A DNA stretch of 32,000 bases from Nitrososphaera viennensis EN76 (GTDB taxonomy: Archaea > Thermoproteota > Nitrososphaeria > Nitrososphaerales > Nitrososphaeraceae). Where the stretch lies: the NCBI RefSeq assembly GCF_000698785.1, contig NZ_CP007536.1, positions 2,010,001-2,042,000 on the forward strand, given 5' to 3'. Within the stretch, counting starts at the first letter, position 1. The number at the start of each line of letters is the position of its first letter. This document shows, in pieces, positions 15,443 through 22,098 of this stretch. The notes below the pieces were generated by a model. The model had not been told where the DNA came from. It made no database searches and worked only from the letters and a program-made list of their open reading frames with translations. The translations under genes were made by a program, and so were the position numbers.

Positions 15443-15576
15443 GCGGGGGTCGCCCAGCTTGGTCAAAGGCGTGAGACCGGATCAGAAAATTATCTGGCGC
15501 GATGCTCAGATGTTAGACCAACTGGGATACCTCATTCCTTAGGGATTCGTGGGTTCAAATCCCACCCCCCGCACCA
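15443..15576 (+). tRNA. Class II tRNA, most likely tRNA-Leu, with encoded CCA and ~46 nt of intervening sequence in the anticodon arm (anticodon tentatively CAG)
   Basis: The acceptor stem gcggggg (15443-49) pairs perfectly with cccccgc (15566-72), followed by A and CCA. The T-arm is gtggg-ttcaaat-cccac. The D-arm gcccagcttggtcaaaggc is typical of archaeal tRNA-Leu. A long variable arm is ttcc-tta-ggga. Length is 134 nt versus ~88 expected. Confidence 0.85.
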
Positions 15577-15587
15577 CTTCTTTTACA

Positions 15588-15651
15588 TATGTGTGCGCGC
15601 GTTTCCAGTGGACTACAAATACAAGCGTAGTTGTAGATGTAAGTTCTTTTA
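15588..15651. repeat. Right copy (B) of the ~64-nt inverted repeat, starting 12 nt after the tRNA 3' end
   Basis: 15615-15636 and 15592-15609 are perfect reverse complements of 8739-8760 and 8766-8783. In addition, tgtgtgcgcgcg (15590-15601) is the perfect inverse of cgcgcgcacaca (15389-15400) upstream of the tRNA. Confidence 0.85.
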
Positions 15652-16225
15652 TGGCGGGATTGCCGAGCAGCCTTGGCACACTGGAAAAAAATGGTGTTGG
15701 CCTTGATCCAGCAATTGGCTTTTTGCATGACTTGGCAGAGAGCAAGGAGCCACTAGTATGCGACTTGCAAGAATTATTTAGGTGGCTTGCGGCCTGTCAA
15801 TAATACAATTACTCGAAGAAAAGACGCTAAAGAAATCGGACTTTATGTAACCGAGAACTATCATATCCTGCTCAAAGAGCCGTCTACTGCAAATGCTTTG
15901 ATTGAAAAGCCAAAGTTGAACGTGAATGTAAAGGCGACCTTCAAAGGAAGAATTGCCAGTTATCAAACGATCCTGTACGGCAATGTACAGGTACTCGCAA
16001 AATATTTACTCAACAGAGCGAGCAGCGATGCTGTCTTTTGATATCCCGCCATTGGGCATTACTAGACCTGATACTGTTACTTTACAGCAGCGCATCCTTT
16101 CAATGTCGCCGCAAGAAAGGAAAAGGCGCAGGATCAACAAGTTAACGCTCTGGTACCAAAAGAAAAATCTTGGAGCTGGTAGGAAAATCAAAATCTACAA
16201 TAAAGTCGTCGCCAGGATGGAATGA
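15651..16225 (+). pseudogene. cas1: Cas1-family (CRISPR Cas1 or casposase) gene remnant: 5'-truncated with at least three frameshifts
   Basis: GVGLDPAIGFLHDLAESKEPLVCDLQELFRWLA matches the Cas1 catalytic His/Asp/Glu helix region. The reading then continues in other frames: SIIQLLEEKTLKKSDF (frame 3), YVTENYHILLKEP...SYQTILYGNVQVLAKYL (frame 2), and LSFDIPPLG...SPQERKRRRINKLTLWYQKKNL (frame 3, an HTH-like tail). The N-terminal ~half is absent. Confidence 0.75.
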
Positions 16226-16310
16226 AGGTTATGGCATTCTATCGTCTTGAGGTTGCTGTGCTAGCGGTAATACCCCATTTTACAAAATAATTTCAGGTTG
16301 GCTGCCACAG

Positions 16311-16454
16311 CTAATCGTTGTGCTCAATCCCCAGACTTTTGATGTACCTCGCGAACTCATCATGGTTCTCGATCCTGTAATAACCCATGACCTTTCTAAT
16401 CGTTGGTTCGTCAATACTGATCGAGCTTATTTTGATCTCGTTTTGTTCTGTCAT
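16311..16454 (-). CDS. 47-aa ORF translationally coupled (ATGA) to the oxidoreductase gene; below the ORF-track cutoff
   Basis: MTEQNEIKISSISIDEPTIRKVMGYYRIENHDEFARYIKSLGIEHND. Its ATG (16454-16452) overlaps the TGA of 16451..17500. Confidence 0.3.
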   Translation of the reverse strand: MTEQNEIKISSISIDEPTIRKVMGYYRIENHDEFARYIKSLGIEHND

Positions 16455-17500
16455 TTTGTGCCAACCTCAATTTCGCGCAGCGCAGGCGCGACATGCGTGC
16501 CTAACAATTCGATAGCTCGCATCAACTTTTCGTGAGATAATGACCCTGGATCCATCTGAAAAGTAACGCGGGATATGCCGCCAAGTGCCTTGCTGTGCTG
16601 GATTATCTTCTTGACCACCTCATCCGGATCACCGATTATCAGTGCACCCTTTGGCCCTAGCTGGGCATCAAAGCTAGCGCGCGTGACTGGACGCCAACCA
16701 CGCTCCTTGCCAAATTTGTTCATAGTCCGCACATAACCTGGATAAAAGTCATCGACTGCCTCTTGCGTCGTTTCCGCGACATAGCCCAGTGAATGCAAGC
16801 CTACCTTTAATTGATCAGGTGGATGTCCGGCTCTCCTGCCAGCTTCCCTGTAAAGGTCAATGAGTGGCCGGAATTGGTGAGTTTCGCCGCCTATGACTGC
16901 AACGGCCAATGGAAGTCCAAGCACTCCGGCACGGACGAATGATTCCGGCGTTCCACCAACGCCTACCCATATCGGCAATGGATTCTGCAAGGGCCTTGGA
17001 TAGACTCCCTGTCCAGTCAGGGGAGGCCGGTATTCTCCAGACCAGCGGACATGCTCGTTGTCACGTATCTTTAACAACAGGTCAAGCTTTTCTTCAAAAA
17101 GCGAGTCGTAATCTTCCAGTCGGAAGCCAAACAAGGGAAATGCCTCGATAGACGAGCCACGACCCACAACCATCTCTGCCCTACCCCGCGACAAAAGATC
17201 AAGGGTTGCAAATTCTTGAAACACTCGTACAGGGTCGGCTGCACTCAGTACCGTTACGGCACTGGTGAGCCTTATACTGTTTGTTCTTACGGCCGCCGCT
17301 GCTAGGATGACAGCAGGAGCCGAATCGAGGAATTCCCTGCGGTGGTGTTCACCAATACCAAATACGTCCAACCCAACCTGATCGGCATGTTCAATTAGTT
17401 TTACCAAGTTCTGCAAACGCTCTGATGGGCTAACCACCGCTTGGCTCGCCTCATCAAATGATGCAAAGCTGTCAATTCCAACTTCAATCTTTGAAACCAT
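16451..17500 (-). CDS. Luciferase-like (LLM class) flavin/F420-dependent oxidoreductase
   Basis: LIEHADQVGLDVFGIGEHH...LTSAVTVLSAADPVRVFQEFATLDLLSRGRAEMVVGRGS is typical of the bacterial luciferase-like monooxygenase family. Confidence 0.8.
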   Translation of the reverse strand: MVSKIEVGIDSFASFDEASQAVVSPSERLQNLVKLIEHADQVGLDVFGIGEHHRREFLDSAPAVILAAAAVRTNSIRLTSAVTVLSAADPVRVFQEFATLDLLSRGRAEMVVGRGSSIEAFPLFGFRLEDYDSLFEEKLDLLLKIRDNEHVRWSGEYRPPLTGQGVYPRPLQNPLPIWVGVGGTPESFVRAGVLGLPLAVAVIGGETHQFRPLIDLYREAGRRAGHPPDQLKVGLHSLGYVAETTQEAVDDFYPGYVRTMNKFGKERGWRPVTRASFDAQLGPKGALIIGDPDEVVKKIIQHSKALGGISRVTFQMDPGSLSHEKLMRAIELLGTHVAPALREIEVGTK

Positions 17501-17830
17501 TTCTTATTCTCTTGCCTCCGCCTTCCAACTTGCTTGCACTGAACGCTCTGTACTGGCAAGATTGCGATTTCTATAGCCAAACGAATTTTTTCCAGGCATA
17601 TTATCATAGTAGAGGCATTGATATTTAAGAGGAGTAGCAATATCTTACTAAGTAAGTATGTATTACCAAACATGGTAAGTCCGGAGCTACTACCAGATGC
17701 AACAACGCCGTGCTAGCTTCTTGTACGGAATAGCAAAAACACTCCCGTCTATCAACGTAAATTCAGCAGAATGTGGAGTCTTACCTATACCTCCTCATTA
17801 AGATGGGTCCAATCAAATTTGAATTCCTTT

Positions 17831-17958
17831 ACTAGAAGCCATCTCATAAATAGTCAAATAAGGCAATAGTCGAATAGTTGACCGCTTTGCCTATTAGATT
17901 CTGGCTGCATCTACTACTCAGTTTTTGGTAACGAGCCATTTATGAGATGAGTTCTAGT
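17831..17958. mobile_element. 128-bp MITE-like element or long hairpin with 21-bp terminal inverted repeats
   Basis: actagaagccatctcataaat (17831-17851) versus the reverse complement of 17938-17958 (actagaactcatctcataaat) match at 19/21. It lies in a 600-nt non-coding, AT-rich gap. Confidence 0.45.
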
Positions 17959-17992
17959 AAAAACAAGTGCAAATCCAATCCCTACACCATTA
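17957..17992 (+). repeat. Short direct repeat R1 (partner at 21651..21686)
   Basis: The core gtaaaaacaagNgNaaatccaatcc matches at 23/25, with weaker similarity for ~10 more nt. Confidence 0.6.
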
Positions 17993-18065
17993 TTTGCAAT
18001 GTCTGCGGTTGGTCACGATCGCCGAGCGTAATCAATCGAAGTAGATCAGACAGAACCATCATCAA

Positions 18066-18100
18066 TGAAAAAGAAAATGCGGAGACACAATAGAGTCTCC
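18066..18100 (-). terminator. Hairpin plus T-run 3' of the membrane-protein gene
   Basis: ggagac (18081-86) pairs with gtctcc (18095-100) and overlaps the stop codon. On the minus strand it is followed by gcattttctttttc. Confidence 0.4.
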
Positions 18101-18663
18101 TAGGGGATTGACCGGCTGTACAGCTTGCCTTCGAGTGCCAGTTTGTACATCTCCGCCACATGCGGGTTCCTTGCAGGCATCTCTGAGCCCAGTTCAACAA
18201 GCCTCGCATAGACCCTCACAAGGTATGCCAGCGACCCTATGAGTGCCAGGAATATTCCCATGTTGAAGATCCAGTGCGGAGGGACTGCGAATATCTCTTC
18301 TACGAACCAAAAGTGCCACAGTTCGTTCACTCCAATTGCAAACATCGACGCCGTGTACCCGATAATTGCCATCTTGAGACCTGTGTTCAGCGCGTTTCCC
18401 GGTCCCCTCATGATGGGAACCCGCCTGTCATATATCGCTATTATGCCCCATCCCAAGGGCAATGCTATCAAGGTGCTATACAGCCACCAGTTTGCAGGAG
18501 TGAATGCAGAGTCGCGAATAATCGTCTGGTTCAGAGAGGTGTCCACAAAATAGCCTAGTTCGGCGGAGGCCATCACAGAGATCATGACGATGATCATTAT
18601 GTAGATCCGCTTCAATCTCTGGATTTCAAGCTCTTTTGGTATCAGGGAAGGAATCTGAGCCAT
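18100..18663 (-). CDS. Integral membrane protein of unknown function (~5 predicted TM helices)
   Basis: Repeated hydrophobic ~20-aa stretches: IMIIVMISVMASAELGYFV, WWLYSTLIALPLGWGIIAIY, MAIIGYTASMFAIGV, IFNMGIFLALIGSLAYLV. Confidence 0.6.
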   Translation of the reverse strand: MAQIPSLIPKELEIQRLKRIYIMIIVMISVMASAELGYFVDTSLNQTIIRDSAFTPANWWLYSTLIALPLGWGIIAIYDRRVPIMRGPGNALNTGLKMAIIGYTASMFAIGVNELWHFWFVEEIFAVPPHWIFNMGIFLALIGSLAYLVRVYARLVELGSEMPARNPHVAEMYKLALEGKLYSRSIP

Positions 18664-18792
18664 CGGCTTCCATCATCTCTCATAGTCATTATTCTTGGTC
18701 AGAAATAATAAACTCTGATTAACCATGTAAATTAACAAGGTTATGCATATGACAATCCGCTGCACACCCGCTTTAATTTCGAGACAAATTGG

Positions 18793-18822
18793 CTGCACAG
18801 AAACCACAGATCACGCCGCTTC
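18793..18822 (+). repeat. 30-nt direct repeat (partner at 21850..21879)
   Basis: 26/30 identical, including the perfect 14-mer gatcacgccgcttc. Both copies lie 25-50 nt 3' of minus-strand stop codons. Confidence 0.65.
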
Positions 18823-18870
18823 ATCGGCGACCCTGTAGGCTACTTTTCGATTCCTCTCTCCCTGAAATTT

Positions 18871-19719
18871 CTACAGGTTTGCGGCATCATCGAAGGTATT
18901 GCAGGAATTGACGTCGCCAGATTCCAGTCCCTTCTGGAACCAGCTTACCCTCTGGGCCGAGCTTCCGTGCGTAAAAGAGTCGGGCGTTACCGTGCCCTGC
19001 GACTCCATCTGGAGCCGGTCATCTCCGATGCTGCTTGCAGCATTCAGGCCTTCCTCTATGTCGCCCTGCTCAAGGATGTTTGCCCTGTCGGCGTTGTGCG
19101 CCCAGACGCCCGCAAAGCAATCTGCCTGCAGCTCCAGCATGACGGAGAGCCTGTTCGCGTCGACTCCGCCCAGCCTCTGCTGCGCGCCCTGGACCTGCTC
19201 CATGATGCCGAGCTGGTTCTGCACGTGGTGCCCCACCTCGTGAGCGATGACGTATGCCTCGGCAAAGTCGCCTGGGGCGTTGAACCTCTCCTTGAGGTCC
19301 CTGTAAAAGCTCAGGTCTATGTACACCTTCTCGTCAATTGGGCAGTAAAAAGGCCCGATTGCGGATTGGGCGAACCCGCACGAGGATTCGACCGCCCCGG
19401 AGAACAAAACAAGCGTGGGCTCCCGGTAATCGCGGTTGTAAGCGGCAAATATCTCGTTCCACGTGTCTTCCGTATCTGCAAGCACGACAGACACGAAATC
19501 GCCAAGCTCCTTGTCTTCCTCAGAAAGAGGGGCGGGATTGACGCCTGTGGTAGTAGTAGCAGGCATGTTGTTAAAGACCGCGCCGGGGTCGGCGCCCAGC
19601 AGAAGTGCCATTACGAGTACTATGAGGCCGCCTATTCCTCCCCCGATGGCCTTCATGGGAAGCCCCATCCCTCTCCTGTCTTCGATATTTGAGCTCCTTC
19701 TGCCCTTTCTCCATCGCAT
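18871..19719 (-). CDS. Putative neutral zinc metallopeptidase (YpfJ-like), membrane-anchored
   Basis: N-terminal RRSSNIEDRRG plus a TM helix, then an HExxH site (AHEVGHHVQNQLG) and LQADCFAGVWA. This layout is characteristic of the bacterial YpfJ family. Confidence 0.8.
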   Translation of the reverse strand: MRWRKGRRSSNIEDRRGMGLPMKAIGGGIGGLIVLVMALLLGADPGAVFNNMPATTTTGVNPAPLSEEDKELGDFVSVVLADTEDTWNEIFAAYNRDYREPTLVLFSGAVESSCGFAQSAIGPFYCPIDEKVYIDLSFYRDLKERFNAPGDFAEAYVIAHEVGHHVQNQLGIMEQVQGAQQRLGGVDANRLSVMLELQADCFAGVWAHNADRANILEQGDIEEGLNAASSIGDDRLQMESQGTVTPDSFTHGSSAQRVSWFQKGLESGDVNSCNTFDDAANL

Positions 19720-19850
19720 TTGCCTGTTGTTCTCTTTGACTAGGCTTTTCGAGTATCTAAGCTAGCCAGTAACTTGTTATCTGTAGGAAATTCTAGCTTC
19801 AAAACGCAACTTGTGTGTTTCAAGCGGCAAACAACTTTGCAAAGTCATAC

Positions 19851-20254
19851 TCAAACACATTGCAGCTTTTCCGGTAGTTCTCCACCATGGTGATCATCAT
19901 CATCCCCATCTTCAGTATCTGGGCCCAAACACTTTACATAAGTCGCAATCGGCACATAGTCTGAATCAATAACCACTGTTATTTTCGCTCCGCGAGAATC
20001 CTCGCCAAAGTATGGGCTCTTTGTTATGACATGCTGAACTACTGCTTCAGCATCCAGATGCTTGAGCTTGTCAAGTGTCTCTGCATTTCTATCTAACACG
20101 CTGAAGCCATTCCCTGCATATTTGTCATAAGCCTCCTTTGCGATCGCAAGGTTGTGTGCAACACTCCACGGTCGGTCATTTCCCTAAACTCCTCTTCCGT
20201 GGTAGAATGGCCTGGCAGCAATTGCAGAGTCTGCTCCAGTGCCGGGTTTGTCAT
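19851..20254 (-). pseudogene. Hypothetical gene apparently split by a frameshift (53-codon 5' ORF plus 82-codon 3' ORF)
   Basis: The ATG at 20254 opens MTNPALEQTLQLLPGHSTTEEEFREM..., which stops at 20095-20093 (tag, minus strand), just inside the downstream ORF. The downstream ORF frame is open back to ~20186 (GNDRPWSVAHNLAIAKEAYDKYAGNGFS-VLDRNAE...) but has no start before the GTG at 20099. Confidence 0.35.
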
Positions 20255-20508
20255 GGTTTCTCCTGTCGGACGATGGGGCCAGGAGCCCTGAACTGTGTTA
20301 GAAGATGGTAGAGTAAAAAAATAGAATAATCATGAATGAAATGCTTGCAAGACCAGCTACGCCAGCAGCAATAGGCAGTCTATTTGGCACAGGTTAGCAA
20401 CGTTTTCTCTTGCTTTTGTGCCTTTGGTTATGCCGTCACAAGCACTCCGTCACACTGTTATGACGCTGCTGACTATATTCCGACAGCCATTAGAAAATAA
20501 GGCTCTAG

Positions 20509-20742
20509 TCAATCTCCTTTCTTCTTCTTTCGCCGGCGCTTTGCAAAAGCCCCTCCTACAATAACCCCTAATGCGCCATCAGGATTTATGAAGCTTGCAC
20601 AACCTGCATTGTTAGGATCGACATAAGCCATATCCCGGAACTTTTGATCTTTGTTGTTGTCGTGCACTCTTTTGTGCTTCTTCAGCCGTTCTTCTGTCGG
20701 TAATTTTGCTTGGCATATGTTGCACCTGTAAACCTTGTCCAT
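20509..20742 (-). CDS. Small classical C2H2 zinc-finger protein with a poly-basic C-terminal tail
   Basis: YRCNICQAKLPTEERLKKHKRVH is an exact (F/Y)-x-C-x2-C-x12-H-x3-H pattern. The C-terminus is KRRRKKKKGD. Confidence 0.65.
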   Translation of the reverse strand: MDKVYRCNICQAKLPTEERLKKHKRVHDNNKDQKFRDMAYVDPNNAGCASFINPDGALGVIVGGAFAKRRRKKKKGD

Positions 20743-20916
20743 CTAGACACGCGACCATTGTACGCGGTGGAAGATAAATGCCACCCAAATTCTAACATCA
20801 ATCGCGACACCCTCATCAGAAGGATCGCCAAAAGAAAAAAAATATTATTCGGCAATCCACGTAAAACTAAGAATTACTACATAATAGCCGCGACAGCGTC
20901 CGACTATTTCGGCCGT

Positions 20917-21549
20917 TTGGGTAAAAGCTCAAAAGAAGAGGCAGGTAGAGAAATTGGCATCGTGAGCCTTCTTTTGTCCGTTGGGACAGGACTCGCAGCC
21001 GGAGCCATCCTCATAGTACTTCTTTCTGCCACTATAAGCAATCAGGTCGTCGATATGAACCGCGATGATGTCAACTGGATGCCTCGCACCAGCCAGCAAT
21101 CCCTTCCAGCAGAATTCCGAATAATCTACCAACATGGAGTAGGGCTCGATTATACACTTGAAGTGGAAAACAACAATGGACAGGCACGGTTCTCTGCTAC
21201 AACATGCAACAGCCCGATAAACGTGCGCCACGCCACACTCGTATTGTCTCAGCAAGAACTGGAACGCATATGGCTGTCCATTCAAGAGAATGACTTTTTT
21301 GGCCTCACGGAGGACTTTACAAAAGAGTGTCCTGACTTTGGCGGCAAGTGCGTCATACGAGAACCTTCCAATAGAATAGTGCTAGAGGTGGCGGCGGACG
21401 GGAAGACAAAGAGGATAGGCTTTGATGAAAATTATGCATTAAATCATGATAATGCAGAGCTGGACAGGTTTATGCAAGTTGTAAATACGATCCAAGGTGT
21501 CCTAGATGATTATGAGAACCTGCCAGAATCTGGCTGTGCTTATGTGTAA
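20917..21549 (+). CDS. Membrane-anchored or exported hypothetical protein
   Basis: The ORF-track start (20710) overlaps the opposite-strand zinc-finger gene. In-frame TTG 20917 or GTG 20962 precede the TM segment VSLLLSVGTGLAAGAILIVLLSA. The domain has four Cys and no recognised motif. Confidence 0.5.
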   Translation: MGKSSKEEAGREIGIVSLLLSVGTGLAAGAILIVLLSATISNQVVDMNRDDVNWMPRTSQQSLPAEFRIIYQHGVGLDYTLEVENNNGQARFSATTCNSPINVRHATLVLSQQELERIWLSIQENDFFGLTEDFTKECPDFGGKCVIREPSNRIVLEVAADGKTKRIGFDENYALNHDNAELDRFMQVVNTIQGVLDDYENLPESGCAYV

Positions 21550-21650
21550 GGAGCGTCAAACTCCTCCCCGTCAATCAACATAAAACGTCAAAATCTTTCC
21601 GCTATCTGTACCTCATTTCCATAATGGTGCCGGCTGAATTTGAACTGCTT

Positions 21651-21686
21651 GTAAAAACAAGCGTAAATCCAATCCTGCATCATTTA
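21651..21686 (+). repeat. Short direct repeat R2 (partner at 17957..17992)
   Basis: See R1. It contains the small palindrome cttgtaaaaacaag. Confidence 0.6.
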
Positions 21687-21705
21687 ATTATAAAACCTCT
21701 ATTGT

Positions 21706-21758
21706 CAAAAAGAGAAAAAACCCGCCAAGCTTGCAGGGCTGGCATGGAGCTTGGCGGG
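21706..21758 (-). terminator. Strong GC hairpin followed by a T-run on the minus strand (bacterial-style intrinsic terminator shape)
   Basis: cccgccaagct (21721-31) pairs with agcttggcggg (21748-58), a perfect 11-bp stem. The minus strand continues ttttttctcttttt. It lies ~150 nt 3' of the 21904 stop. Confidence 0.5.
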
Positions 21759-21849
21759 CAGTGTCTGGTTGGTATATGCACCTGCATTTGAGCTTGAAAA
21801 CGATATAACGCAATTCAAACACGCATCCTTGCCAAGAACTGCGAATTAT

Positions 21850-21879
21850 CTGCGCACAAACCGCGGATCACGCCGCTTC
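21850..21879 (+). repeat. 30-nt direct repeat (partner at 18793..18822)
   Basis: 26/30 identical, with a perfect 14-mer gatcacgccgcttc. Confidence 0.65.
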
Positions 21880-21903
21880 GCCCAAAACCGGCGGCAGTGT
21901 TTG

Positions 21904-22098
21904 TCAGACAACAACGCTGCTGCTGTCTGCAGAAGGAGGGTGGACGTGGGTCGAGTCGTCAACGCTGCCGCAATTCCTGCAGTGCCATCTGAAAGGCTCC
22001 TGACAAAACCTGCAGGTCCGAGTCACCGAAAAAGCATGGCCGCACGCCCTGCAGCTGGCCTTGTTGTAGCTTGTAGTCGTTATCATTGCTGTTGTCAT
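21904..22098 (-). CDS. Cys-rich mini-protein (three CxxC pairs plus HxH), zinc-ribbon-like
   Basis: SCRACGHAFSVTRTCRFCQEPFRWHCRNCGSVDDSTHVH. Its ATG overlaps the upstream stop (ATGA at 22095-22098). The opposite-strand 140-aa ORF is Arg/Ala-rich and typical of an antisense artefact. Confidence 0.5.
   Translation of the reverse strand: MTTAMITTTSYNKASCRACGHAFSVTRTCRFCQEPFRWHCRNCGSVDDSTHVHPPSADSSSVVV

Noticed and set aside
8724-15651. Idea that the inverted repeats are the TIRs of an intact casposon or transposon whose cargo is the 6.8-kb interval
   Set aside because: The interval carries core single-copy-type genes (aIF2-beta, trx, grpE-dnaK-dnaJ, hsp20, tRNA-Leu). It has no polymerase or transposase, and the Cas1 remnant lies outside it. 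The observation is kept only as a repeat/inversion/relic finding.
15539-15803. ORFs on both strands running across the tRNA 3' half (15539..15745 minus, 15549..15803 plus)
   Set aside because: They overlap the tRNA gene and repeat B. Only the 3' part of the plus ORF (from ~15651) is meaningful, as the first fragment of the Cas1-family pseudogene.
15577-16310. Search for a CRISPR array next to the cas1 remnant
   Set aside because: No regularly spaced direct repeats of 24-40 nt are visible here or anywhere else in the window.
16320-16535. 71-aa plus-strand ORF between the cas1 remnant and the LLM gene
   Set aside because: It overlaps the 3' end of the LLM gene and the coupled 47-codon minus-strand ORF. 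It has no supporting motif.
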